Below, in pieces: positions 39,283 through 53,160 of a stretch of 64,000 nt of DNA. Source of the DNA: Chlorokybus atmophyticus. Its lineage: Eukaryota; Plantae; Mesostigma and Chlorokybus algae. Location of the stretch: NCBI GenBank assembly GCA_009103225.1, contig RHPI01003599.1:419859-483858 (forward strand), given 5' to 3'. Position numbers and translations under genes: made by a program. The notes under the pieces are model-generated. The model did not search any database. It was not told the origin of the DNA and saw nothing but the letters and a program-made list of their open reading frames with translations. The first letter of the stretch is position 1. Each line of letters starts with the position of its first letter.

Positions 39283-42247
39283 ATGGCCGTTGCTGCGATG
39301 CAGCAGCTGCCTTGTCTAGGTTGCTGCTCCAGCAGGTGGGCACTGAGTGGCAGTTGAAGCTTGGCAGTTTATCATGATGTTTGGATGATGCAAAGGCATG
39401 TGGATTGCATGCCCAGCAGGGGTGGCACAAACAATCACCTGCATGCTTACAAGAGACTGTGACATGTTTGTCATAATGCCTAGATTTGCTTGTCGATACC
39501 GTACCGCATTGCCATGAGAGACTAATTGTACCAACTCGAGCCAGTAGCCTCGTACATATGCGCACTTCCAACTACCAACAGCGCAGTACTATGCTCTGCT
39601 GCAAAGAGCAACACAGCTGTCACTTCTGCTGATGTTAGCATCGTACTGGAGCATATGTACATAACTGACTTGGTGCGTAGCCAGACGGTCACCACAGTCG
39701 TCTACACGCGCCATCATCGCCAGCTCCCCGCCCACCCCAAAGCCAACAACAACAGCATACCCTCCAACAAGCGTCATCATCAGCACAGCAACTACTTCCA
39801 GGCGGCGCCTAATACTAGTGCGGTCATCACCCACCACCACCCCCGCCACCACAACAACAACAATAGCAACGGCGACAACGACAACGACAAGTGCGCCGTC
39901 AACAAGTGCCCACGATGATGGCATTGGGCCGAGTGGGTCGCTACTGTATCAGGAAGTCGACTTTGACTGGGACAACAGCGGTGGTAAATATGTGTATGAT
40001 GAGGATCTGTGGAGGGTTGGGGCGCCGCTGCACGGATATCCAAAACAGGTTGGTGTGTGTTGGTTGACCAAGTGGTTGTGTGAGTGTGTGTGACAAATGC
40101 AATCGTGCGTTCAGGTTGAGGGCCCCTCAGTCTGGTACGGCTCGCAGCTCGAAGCACAAAGAGACCGTTGGGTGTTTGCGATAGAGCCTGAAGACATTCG
40201 AGAGCTCGATGCCGCCCTCGCCACGTTCCATGTGGGTATTTGCATTGTGTGCGCGGCCTTCCCACAGCAGTCATGTCCAGGGTACCAGGCGGCAGTATGA
40301 AGTCTCCTCTAGTCAGCAAACAGACATTGTCAGGCATGCATGATCGTGTGCGTGCACGCGTGTGTGTTCTTGTCTAAATGTTTGTTGGTTGGATTGTTTG
40401 CTGACGTCCATGTATGTGTATCAACAAAGCCTTGGTACGCTTGAGCAGGCTTCCTCCCGACCGCTTATTGCCCTTGCACAACCGCGAGGACGCGAGCTGT
40501 TTCCGTTGTACAACCTCAGGACAAAGCTGCGTCGCATTCACAATGCGACACTCCTTGGCGGAATTGGTACACAACTCAATGCTCACCCACTCGCATGACA
40601 ACACGACACCTTTTAACAACATGCTGTCTCTGTGCAGGCCTTGCGCTGCTTCGCGGGCTGCCAGTTGATCGCTACAGTCGTGAAGACTTGGCGGCAGTGT
40701 ACTTGGGGATTGGTTCTCACATGGGAGTCCCCATGTCACAGGTGCGTGTACGTTGTACATGTTGTTGCGTTGTAACATTGTTCCTCACATATGCATGTCC
40801 TCGATGTGCTCATGTCGTCGGCAACGCAGAATGCAAAGGGCCACCTGTTGGGTCACGTAAGGGACCTCGGGCACGATCCCTTGGACCCCAACACGCGCAT
40901 ATACGCCACGCGCGAGCGGCAATGGTTCCACACCGACTCTTGCGACATTGGTACAGACGCACGCATGCACATGCGGGCATGTGCGCGCGCTTGTGTGTAT
41001 GCGCCCCGTCACACACACACTCACACGCGCCCACATAGACGCATACGCCATCACATGCAGATGCACGTGCACAAATGCATGTGCGCATTCACACACACAC
41101 ATGCAGTACCTCACCAAACATTGACGCTCTTATGCAGTTGGCCTCCTCTGCCTCCACCCCTCCCACCACGGCGGCGAGTCCAGCGTCTCCTCTTCCCACA
41201 CCATCTACAACTCCCTCCTCCATCTCGCCCCTCACCTCGCCGCCACACTTGTAAAGGGCCTCTTTTTTGACCGCAAGGGCGAAATCCCACACGGGAAGCA
41301 ACCGTTCTATGAGGCTTCGGTCTTCATCCAACACCAGGGGAGAGTGTACGTGAGGTTTGATAGGAATTTCGTCGTGAGGGCGCATACGAGAGGGGCGCCG
41401 CGACTCACACAGGAGCAAAGGCGTGCTATAGATGCCGTGGAACAGCTGGCGAGACGACATGCGATCAGCATGTCGCTGCAACCAGGAGATATACAGGTGA
41501 TACACTTTGCTTTGTATGATAGACCTATCATCACGAAGCACCACCACACCACACAACATGGTCCGCCTTGTCGCATTTCAGTCTAGCGCACTGCATCGTC
41601 AGGCAGCTACATGCTGCACCAACTCACTTTGACTATCATCCCCACGCACTAGCTCAGCGCTCAGTACTGTACTACAGAAGCGGCTCATGCCCGTACCGTG
41701 ACAGCTTTTGAGTAAGTGAGCGAGTGAGTGAAGCTCTTACCTTGTGTCTGTTTGCTTGCGTGTCATCAGTTTCTCCACTCCCACCACACCCTCCACGCCC
41801 GCGAGTCCTTCCTCGACTCCCCCTCCCATCCCCCACGCCACCTGCTGCGCCTGTGGCTGTCGCTCTCTGGACAAAACTGCCCAAACGCGTGGGGGTTGCC
41901 GAAGGAGATGGAGGAGCACTTCGGGCCGGCTGTTGAGGGAGGGGCGAGGTGAGGGAGGGTGTTGGTGATGATGGTGGTGGGGGTGGGGGTGACGGTGGCT
42001 TTGCTGTTGGTGTTGATGCTGGTGGTGTTGTCATTGTTGGCGTTGTTTGTAGGTGTTGCTGTGCTTACGGTCATCGTGTGATAATAGTCGTTGTCGTTGG
42101 GGTTGGGGTTGGGGTTGGGGTTGGGGTTGGGATTGGGGTCATTGAGAGTGTTACAGTCGGTCTGACTGAGAATAACCTGTTCCTTCTTGCAGGGCGGGGA
42201 TCCGGGTGCCTGGGCAGGAGCTGAAGGTGCCGCTCGAACCCGAATAG
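39283..42247 (+). CDS. TauD/TfdA-family Fe(II)/2-oxoglutarate dioxygenase with a probable organellar transit peptide
   Basis: GPSVWYG, LRGLPV, NAKGHLLGHVRDLG, HxD motif FHTDSCDI, GGES, LQPGDIQ|FLHSHHTLHARESF and RHLLRLWL. A terminal exon at 42193-42247 gives R-AGIRVPGQELKVPLEPE*. The start at 39283 and the S/T/R-rich leader are inferred. Confidence 0.85.
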
Positions 42248-43288
42248 ATAGTAGTAGCACTTGAAGCAGCATTTGAAGCATTCTGCAGCCTCACTCTGCA
42301 AACAGCTGCTGCTGTTGCGTGCACACCTCGCCAAACGATTGCGAGTGCATCATCAGAGTGTCGGGAAAGCACATGCAGCATCCAGGATTACACGGATGAT
42401 CCAATCAGGCTGGCCCCAAGCCGAGCACACGTGAGATGTCCCGCAGCTTGCGTGTGCTTTGCTAGTTAGCAGGGTCACAACAGCCCAGTAACTCTCCATC
42501 ACTCATGATGGTGATGATGATGCCCGAGAATGTAAGCATGCGTGCAGTAAGCCCAACACATGTAAACATTATGGATGTGAGAGAGTATGCGCATGAGAGA
42601 CGGTGTGCAACATTGGTGGACTCGAAATGTGGCACTTGTAGTTGCAGCGTGCATGCGCGTGTGCTGAAGCGCCAGCAGTCCGACCAGCAAACGGCCCGTG
42701 TTCGCAAAGCGTGGCCCCGCTGCAGGTGCGCTGCTCAATTGATTGCTGTGAGGCGCGTGGGCTGAAGTTGAGCTGTTTGTTGCTGTTTTGCTTATACAGT
42801 TCTTAGGTGCACATCTCCCGGAGCCATCTCTCCAAGTCATTACCAGTTGTTGTGCAAGTTTACTTACCTACGATTCAATGTTGGCGATATGCTGCACCAG
42901 TGGACGTTGTGCGTATGACTCTCGCATACTGTGCCTGTGTTTAGATAAACGAGGAAACATTTATGACATGCGTGCATCGCACATGCAGCTGTTGCACCAG
43001 CCGTCTCATCAATGATCAGAAGCTCGCCTTCGTGTTGGCAAGACAATTGTTGTCAAGACTGACAAGACAACGGTTGCTTTTATGCAATACACAATAATTA
43101 CTTCATGGCCAACAAAGCGCCTACCTGCTTGCATGGAGTTTGCTTCCCCTTTTAGATGCACTGTTGCGTGCACACCACAACAGAAGGTTTTCCGCACTTG
43201 TGTGGCATACACAGTTGAACAGCTTGCATACAACAACCACAACAACAACCAATCCTATACGCGTGCGTGCACGAGTGCGACTTGATGC

Positions 43289-46164
43289 CTACCAAAAAAA
43301 AAAACCTTGTGCTCGCGACACATCCTCCGCCACTCTATCCACGCTTAGCGGTTGCACGAGCGTGAACGTCGCGTCGCCGTACCGCCCGCCGTACTGCGCG
43401 GACGTGGTGAGGTGAGTCATCTTGCCGTACACGTCGAAGATGAGGTGCGGCCTCTCGCGACGAGTCAACGATAGTTGTGAGCCATCCGTTAGATCAACCA
43501 CGCCGCCGTATGCGTCACCGCCGCCCTTGCCGTAAACCCACTTGATGCCGTCCCTGGATAGAGGCATGTTTGTCATAAGGCAACATGCGTGTGTGCGTGT
43601 CCACTTGTTGCTTGCCTGCTGTACGCGTGGCCGCCGCACACGATGCATCCGTCCATGTGATGAAAGATTGCATGGAAGTTGCCATCGATGTCGAGGTAGA
43701 CGTACGGGTCTGCGCATACGACTCAACATTGTAAGACGCGTTGCGTGCATGCAGAGCGTGCAGACTCAGATACGCAACGACACAGTTGCAAGCACATGCA
43801 CGCACGCCGTGCGTGTGCATACACAAGTGCCCACGCATTTCAACTCATGCATACTCACACGGATGCACAGATGCGTGTGTATGTGTGCGCGCGCGCACAC
43901 ACAAACACACCCGTGCAGTGCATTCCAGGTCCATTCGAAGATGCACATGCTTGCGCGCGAGCTTGTGCACACACGCACACGCGCGCACGCATGCGGGCAA
44001 CCATGCGCACTCGCAGGCGCACGCTTACTCGCACAACCATGTGCACATGCGCACGAAACCCCACCTTCCGTGCCTATGCCCGCGATGTGTGGAAACAGGT
44101 CCCCCCCCTCCTGTCTGTACGTCCCCGGCTCCCTCCAGTCCCCCGCCCTCGCGACGTGGACACGCGACCCCCGCTCGTCCCAGCTTCGCCACAGACCCAC
44201 CAGCGAACCGTTGCGCAGGATCACGGGGGCGAAGTTGGTGTCGACTTGCTGGTGGAGGACCTGGGGAGGAGGAGGGAGTGTGTGGGTGGGGTATGAGAGA
44301 TACTGCTACTACTACTACTGCTGCTTGCCTGTACGGGTGTGGACCAGGGGCCGGTGGGTTTTAGGGACCATGACATGTAGGTGGGGTCGTTGTTGTTGCT
44401 GGGGGGGAGGGGGTGGCTCTTGCGTGGTGGGGCGTCGCAGTCGTGTGGTCCTGCGTGCAAGTGAGTGTGAGCCACAGTACGAACAATGTGTGCGCACGAG
44501 TGCCTATGTGCGAGTGCGCGCTTGCGCTCGCGCGCGTGTGTGCGCAACTGTGAGCACGTGCATGCGTGTGTGCGAGTGGGTGTGCGTGCGCGCATGTGCC
44601 ATGTCATGCGATCTGCAAGCACAAGCGGTACCCGTGGACCCGTCCTGGCACTGGCACAGCACCCGTCCGCTCGGCATCTTCGCCGTGAAGTACATGACAT
44701 ACTCTCCTGTCGGCGCGCGCACCACGTCCGGCTCATGCGCAAACACCGGCCACACCTTTCACAAAGACCACATATTCACCCACCCACCCACGCACCCACC
44801 CACATACCCACATACCTCTTGTTGGCGTGTGTACGGTCCCGAGGGGTCCCGCGAGGACGCGCGCACGATGCGGGAGTTGAGCTCCCACGCGTTGATGCCG
44901 CAGTGGCAAGCCATCTCCGCCGCCCACATGTGGTACTCGCCGTTGTCGGCGCGCACCACCGCGCCGCCCCAGGAGGAGACATTGCGACCGGCCTCGACCC
45001 AACGGTAACCTGGTGAGGAGGAGGATGCGAATGTCAGTTAAGAGCATTGAGCGTGCGTGTGCGTGTGTGTGTCGCCGTGTGCATGCGCAGGAGCACACCA
45101 GTAGATATGTGCATGCATGCGCACATGAACAGCTGCGCGATTCCTTTGTGCACGCTTGCGTGCCCCTGCGTGTGCGTGTGTGCGCGAGTGTACATGCGTG
45201 CGCGTGCGCGCGTGCATGTCCGTGCAAGCGTGCGCACGCGTGCGCACACGAGAGCGTGAGCATGCGCGTGCGTGGGCGTGCGTATGAGTAGTATATGTGA
45301 CTAGTGTCTGCATCCTACCCAGTTGTTGTTTGTCGACCGGCAGTAGGTCCAATGCTCCGCAGTCTCCTCCCTTCCATCCCCGGTCGCACGCGCACGCCCC
45401 GTTCCGACACTTGCCGTTCAGCGAGCAGTCCTCGTCGCTCGCGCATGACTCCACGGCCGCAGCGTTGGATGAGGATGATGATGGGAACACCAAGCTGCGG
45501 ACAAGGTGGTGAATACGAGCGTGCATGTGGTGTTACACACATGCGAACCAAGCAGCATAACCTAACATATCCACGCGAGCACGCACGTGCGTGCTCTTGT
45601 CATTTGTTCTATCCAAACCAAGTGTTGCAGTCAGTGTAGTGTGTGTTGACCTGTTTAGTTTTTTTTCTTGATGCTCCCTTATTACAATGCAACACCAACT
45701 ACTTTCTAGAACTCGCAAGGCCACCTCAGATCATTTAGCACAGGCCTTGACACAACGCACTTTGAATCGTGTGTCTGAATTTCCCAGAATGCGCTTGGGA
45801 TCGCTGTTGGTAGTTTAGCTGGCAGTTTGGCAAACTCAACAACCTGACCTGCCTTGACTTGCGAAAGAAAGAACACTTGAAACCAACATTGTTCTGTGAC
45901 GCAAGCATGCACTGTGAGGCAGGTTGCACTGATTGCTCTTCGGTTTCAAGTGAGCACTGCTGTTCAGCATGCAATTTGATTGACTTAGTTTAGCAAGCAT
46001 TCACTGCCAAAGTCAACAAGCACACTCTGCATGTGTGTAACCGCACGCCCATACCTGCCTCCGTCTTGCAGCACCGTCCCTCGCAACGCCGCCGAGGCCG
46101 CCGCCTCGGACACCACCAGCGCCCACAACAGCAACCATGACGGTGCCAACGACCTGCGCTCCAT
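43289..46164 (-). CDS. Secreted EGF-like plus five-bladed beta-propeller glycoside-hydrolase-like (GH43-related) protein; 3' end uncertain
   Basis: Signal peptide MERRSLAPSWLLLWALVVSEAAA. EGF-like CASDEDCSLNGKCRNGACACDRGWKGGDC. Motifs SSWGG, HEPDVV, GPWS, DTNFAP, EDPYVY, GGHAYSRDGIKW and RRERP. Splice phases are consistent, with two GC donors. Confidence 0.75.
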
Positions 46165-46409
46165 CGTCCCCCGCCTGGCCTGGCCTGGCCTGGCCTGGCC
46201 TGGTCGAGCCTGTGGCCTGATCAGGCCACCAGTGGCAAATTTTCATGCAAATGCGCTGACTTTCCGCGGCGGCGGAGGAGGATCAGGCGGCTGCGGCGGC
46301 GGCGGCGGAGGAGGAGGAGGAGGAGGTGGTGGTGGTGGTGGAGGACAAAGAGGGGTGGTGTTCAAAGAGTAGTAGAGTAGTGGGTTCAGTCAGCCAGCAG
46401 CGTTTCAGC

Positions 46410-48372
<1,963 letters not shown>

Positions 48373-48859
48373 CAGAGACATGTTGTTGGCGTAGACATTA
48401 GGCATGTGCATCGCATGATGCAGGTATGTTGTTTCTGTACAGTTATTGGGCGGTTGTATCTGCCAAGCGACAAGTACTGGCATTGGTTTGTGTGCTGGAC
48501 ACATAACGTTGTAACAGATTGTTGCAAGTTTTGGCGTACACTCTGGATGCTGATGAAGTTGAGACATTGTCGCTGTGTTGTTCGCAATCAAGCCATTTGC
48601 AACTTACAGCATTTGTTGAAGCGAACGATGCATTTCGGCAGTTAACGTATCGGGTGCCTGGAAAGTTGGGCAAGCTGCGATACATGCATATATACAATGG
48701 TTGGCAACGCTGAATGCCACATAATCAACTAATTTGATGTGGAAGAACAACCGCAAGTCAACTTGTTGCGGTCCCACTGCCATTGCTTGCTAAAGGTGCA
48801 CTACTCAGGTTGTCACTAGCTGAAAATGGCTTGTAGCAGAGGTAGATCAGGGAGGATTA

Positions 48860-49781
48860 CTACAACTTCAGCGCTGCCAGATTTCGCCGACACGATGGAA
48901 TGCGCTGAGAAGCACAACACTCTATTGCAGGGGAGCACATGTGTTTGAACAAAATCTGCAATCGATACGGTTCTGAGTATGACGGCTTGCTTACAAGTAC
49001 AAAGCCGTTATAAGGCATGCGTGTCTCTGAAGACCACAGAGTGCCCTCGTGCAGTAGCGCGTGCTCATCAAATGTCACCCTAAACAGAAAGCAACCAGGC
49101 CATTGCTGTCCAGACTGCAGAGTAGGAGTAAAGTGCCAAAACCCATATGCCAGTTGTTTGGGAGGCAGAAAATACGATCCGAACCAAAGGCTGGCATGAA
49201 CTTGCGCGTCAACACGTCTCAAAATGCCATCGCTCCTGTGCAATTGAAACAGCCCAGGGATGGTCTTGTGCATGAATGTCCGCAGCTTGTCCTCAGCCGC
49301 TTCCAAGGCAAAGCTGCTACGGCGAGTGGGCGGTGTGTGTGTCGATATGACAAGGCCCCCATTGTGCGTTTCCATGGACCTGTGAGGCTTCTTCTCCGAC
49401 GCAGAGCCGGAACAAGAAGGTATCTGTCGCCATCATGCAATATGCAAAAGAACACGCAGCTTTCGTGGCTCTGTGTCTGATCCGGATCCGAAAGTACTGA
49501 AAGAGGTTGTAACAGCTGCGCACGTGCTCCATCAGCCCTGGGAATTCCGGTCCAGTGCTCCTTGTGGTGTGCAGCTTCAACTGCGAGAGTGGTCTGTTTC
49601 CATTCTTGTTGACGCAGCGCATGCACGCCAGGTCCCTCGTGCAGAGCTTACTGAGGATGAGCTGCAGAAGGTCAAAGTTCTCCAGCACCTGAGCTTGGCT
49701 CGAGTGTGCTAGATTTGGGTTGAAGTGGACATTGGCAGCAGCGAATTGAGCAGCCCTCCTGGCTGCACTCCTGGTCTGCAT
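48860..49781 (-). pseudogene. F-box family copy 1 (frameshifted)
   Basis: MQTRSAARRAA...QVLENFDLLQLILSKLCTRDLACMRCVN. About four frameshifts are needed to follow copy 3 through to HTPPTRRSSFAL...GLFQLHRSDG. Confidence 0.8.
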
Positions 49782-49977
49782 TGTTCCTCTCTGCAAAACG
49801 GAGTCCTTGCTTCATGACATGCACTTGAAGCCTGATTGAAGCGATACGCCCAAAGTCAGGCGTATGGCTTCAGTCAGGCTTCATTGGTGAAGGGCCATCA
49901 TATGGAGCTGCTGCGTTGGCAGTAAATATGAATCGCATTGCCTTCTCACCACTGGCCAAAGAGCAGCACAGTGTTCC

Positions 49978-50005
49978 AGCTATCGTGCCAGCTGGCACGA
50001 TAGCT
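49978..50005. repeat. Perfect 28-bp palindrome (no loop)
   Basis: AGCTATCGTGCCAG|CTGGCACGATAGCT. Confidence 0.95.
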
Positions 50006-51005
50006 TCAACACTGTACTGCATGCAGCTGAGGACTTCGCAGCAACGCGCAACATTTCTAGGAATCATCGTCGTTCACAACTGGCAACTCAGTCACAGTGC
50101 TGCTTGCAAGACATGTTTGCTTCTTTGATAGCGCTTGACCGTACTGCCATCAAGCACGGTTTGTGAAACCGCTGCTAGGCAACTGTGGCTTGACAGCTGC
50201 AGCTATCATACACACTCATCACAACCCTGAAGCACTACATCAAGGACTTACAACCGGCTTCAAGCACACTGTCAACACATAGCAGTCTACCAACCTTCGC
50301 CAGCAGTCGAAGCTCCGCAGTCCCATCTGCAGTGGTGATGACAGCACCGCTGCCTCTGCCCTTACCACGCTTGCTGGCAGGCCCGCTCCACGCACACTGG
50401 CAGCCTTGGCTTCACATGCTCCCGTTCACCGCAGCATGCTAGGCATCATCATTACCAACGCCACCGCACCGCCTTGCGCATGCCCTACCACCGCCTCGTT
50501 GCCGAGGCAGCCAAAGCAACGTTCCAACCCCTGCTGCAGCCCCAGCTTGGGTCCCCGCCACCGCCGCCGGCAGCGCTGCCGGTGCTAGCTCAGCACAGCA
50601 CTCCAGAGCAAAGCTGTGTGAAGCTGCTGTGCTTGCGACATACAACACACAGCTTGCTGCCACCATGCATGCGCAACTTCAGAACGCTTGCGCAACTTCA
50701 GAACGCTTGCGCATGCATGGTTCAGAAGTCGGGGAGTCACAATCGTTTCTTACTTATGACTTATGACTTGCAAAGCTTGCATGTGCAGCAAACAATGCTT
50801 GTCCTGAAGGGAATCTTTTCGTGCCAACCCACACTTGATATGTACACTGACTGTCGCGTACGTGTGGAAATCTGAACAGCATATGGTTTGCATGTGCAAC
50901 CTCCCTAGTATTGCCAGCACGTGCAAGCTGAAGAACGTCCGAGACAAAAGGCTTGCGACTCCGTATGGTTTGCTGCATGTGCAAGTGGTTGCAAGTGCAT
51001 GTGCA

Positions 51006-51072
51006 TGTGCAAGCACTCTGAAGCTTGCCATGCATGTGACACATGCATGGCAAGCTTCAGAGTGCTTGCACA
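51006..51072. repeat. Perfect inverted repeat, 33-bp arms, 1-nt loop
   Basis: TGTGCAAGCACTCTGAAGCTTGCCATGCATGTG-A-CACATGCATGGCAAGCTTCAGAGTGCTTGCACA. Confidence 0.95.
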
Positions 51073-51928
51073 AGCATGGCAATTGCATGGCGGCAACAAG
51101 CTGTGTGTGGCAAAAGTTGCACAGCACAGCACAGCAGCTTAGCGCATAGCACCATCACGGCATGCTTTGCTCTGGAGTGCTGTGCTGGGGCGGTGGCGCC
51201 GGCGACGGCGGCGGCGGCCGCGGGGCCAGCTGGGCGCAAGCGACAGAAATGTTGTTGATTTCCTTGGAGGAGGAGGCGGTGGGAGATGAGGTGGCGATCG
51301 TGATGACCTTGCGTGCTGCTGTGACGGGAGCATGCGCCCAGGCTATCAGTGCGTGTGCGAGCGGGACGACAACTAGCGTGGTAGGGCAACGTCAGTCGTG
51401 CTGTCATCGCTACCTTGGCTAGGGCCGTTGAGCCTCAAAGCTGGCCAATGTTGGTAGACTGCTATTCAACAGTTGTTGTCGGAGCCTCCGTCAGTCTCTG
51501 GGACAATCAGCCTGAAGCTGTTTCTTCAAGTGCTTGCTGTCGTCCTTTAGATTTGCCAAGATTGAGGAGGGCATTACGGGCAAGTGCTCATCAGCTAAAG
51601 GTAAATGTGTCTTGCACTTTACAACTGTGACTGAGCTGCCAGAACAATAGGCTACTACGAAGTCTTTGTTTGCATGCTATCAATAATTGCATGACATTAC
51701 AGTGCAGCACAGTGTGCCAGCTGGCACCACGATGGCTGGCACACTGGCACTAGTCGCTCTGAAGCTAGTGCTTGCAAAGCAACGGCGAGTAAGCTCTACT
51801 ACCAGTGTAGCAGCTTCATCAAGTTGCACTCCATCAGTCAAACAATCACTTGAATGCAGTCACACCTGGCATGGGAAATAATCGCTTGTCGGTAAATAAT
51901 AAAGACTCTATGTCATGCAGTGAGGGAA

Positions 51929-52797
51929 ATGCAGACCAGGAGTGCAGCCAGGAGGGCTGCTCAATTCACTGCTTCCAATGCCCATCTGATACCAAGTCTA
52001 GCCAATTCTTGCCAAGCTCAGGTGATGGAGAACTCAGACCTTCTGCAGCTCATTCTCAGTAAGCTCAGCCCGAGGGACCTGGAGTGCATGCGCTGCGTTG
52101 CGTCAACCAAGAATGAACCGAGCCGCCCTCATAGTTGAAGCTGCACACAACATACAGCGCTGGCCTGAGTTCCCAGGGCTCAAGGAGCACATGCGCCGCT
52201 GCTATAGCTATTTGCAGTATCTTGCGAGACTGCCACAACGCCAAGGTTTGGGCTGGAATCCGGACTCGGAAAGCTGCCTGTTCTTCTGCGTGTTGCATGA
52301 TGGCGACGATTATCTTATGGTCCCGGCCGTGAAAGAGGCTGCGCGTCGTCAGAAACCTGCACGCAGGCCCGTTCCCGGTACAATAGGTTATGTTGGGGTA
52401 GGACTTGTCATAGGGACACGCACACCGCCCACTCGCCGCAGCGACTTCACCTTGGAACCAGCTTGGGACAAGTTGCAGGCATTCATGCAGAAGACCATCC
52501 CGGCCCTACTCCAGTTGCACAGAAGCGATGGCAGTCTGAGACGCGTTGACGCGCAAGTTTGGGCCACACTTTCGTATAAACTCAGCTTTGTGGAGCCGAA
52601 CAACTTGGCGTGGCGTTCTTGACACTTTTCTCCTACTCCGCGGTCTGGACAGCAACGTCTTGGTCGCTTTTATATGATGGTGAAGTTCACTAGAGCACGC
52701 GCAGCTGCAGGAGGGCCACTTGGGGCCTTCAAGTACACGTATGCCCTGTCACGGCTATGCCCTGGTGAGCAAGCCGTCAACTTCAGAAGTGCATTGA
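51929..52797 (+). pseudogene. F-box family copy 2 (frameshifts and premature stop)
   Basis: MQTRSAARRAAQF...QVMENSDLLQLILSKLSPRDLECMRCV, then a frameshift. A TGA at about 52620 replaces the W seen in the WHF motif of copies 1 and 3. Confidence 0.8.
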
Positions 52798-53135
52798 GTG
52801 CAGAGCTAGGGATTGAACACATGTGGTCCCTGAGATTTGCTGTTGCATTTGACATCGGCCAAAAGCTGCAGCATCATTTCTGAAGCTGTAGTGATCCTCC
52901 GTTGCCCTCTGCTGCAAGCCAATGTCATCTATTGACAACCAGTAGTACATCATCGGCACTCGTTGACAAGGGTGCTGTAACAGTTGAAGCTGCCATTGTT
53001 CTCCATCTCCATTTCAGTTGGTCGTTCAGCAATCAGCATTTCCAATGACTACATCGCGGCTTGCGCATACTGCCTAGCACCTGATGCGTTGATTGCCATT
53101 GTTACCTAGTGCGCCACTTGCAGTTACTAACTACA

Positions 53136-53160
53136 ATGTAGTACCATCATGGTACTACAT
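53136..53160. repeat. Perfect palindrome, 12-bp arms, 1-nt loop
   Basis: ATGTAGTACCAT-C-ATGGTACTACAT. Confidence 0.9.

Larger units (their letters stand above)
48860..52900. repeat. Large diverged inverted duplication (about 48.9-50.7 kb vs 51.0-52.9 kb)
   Basis: F-box copies 1 and 2 and their upstream flanks match as reverse complements. Examples: CAGCACAGCACTCCAGAGCAAAGC (~50590) vs GCTTTGCTCTGGAGTGCTGTGCTG (~51165), and CAGTCTACCAAC vs GTTGGTAGACTG. Confidence 0.85.

Noticed and set aside
43542-45008. 488-aa plus-strand ORF, the longest in the track
   Set aside because: It is antisense to the GH43-like gene and made of CA/TG-rich intron repeats (His/Thr/Ala/Arg/Cys low complexity).
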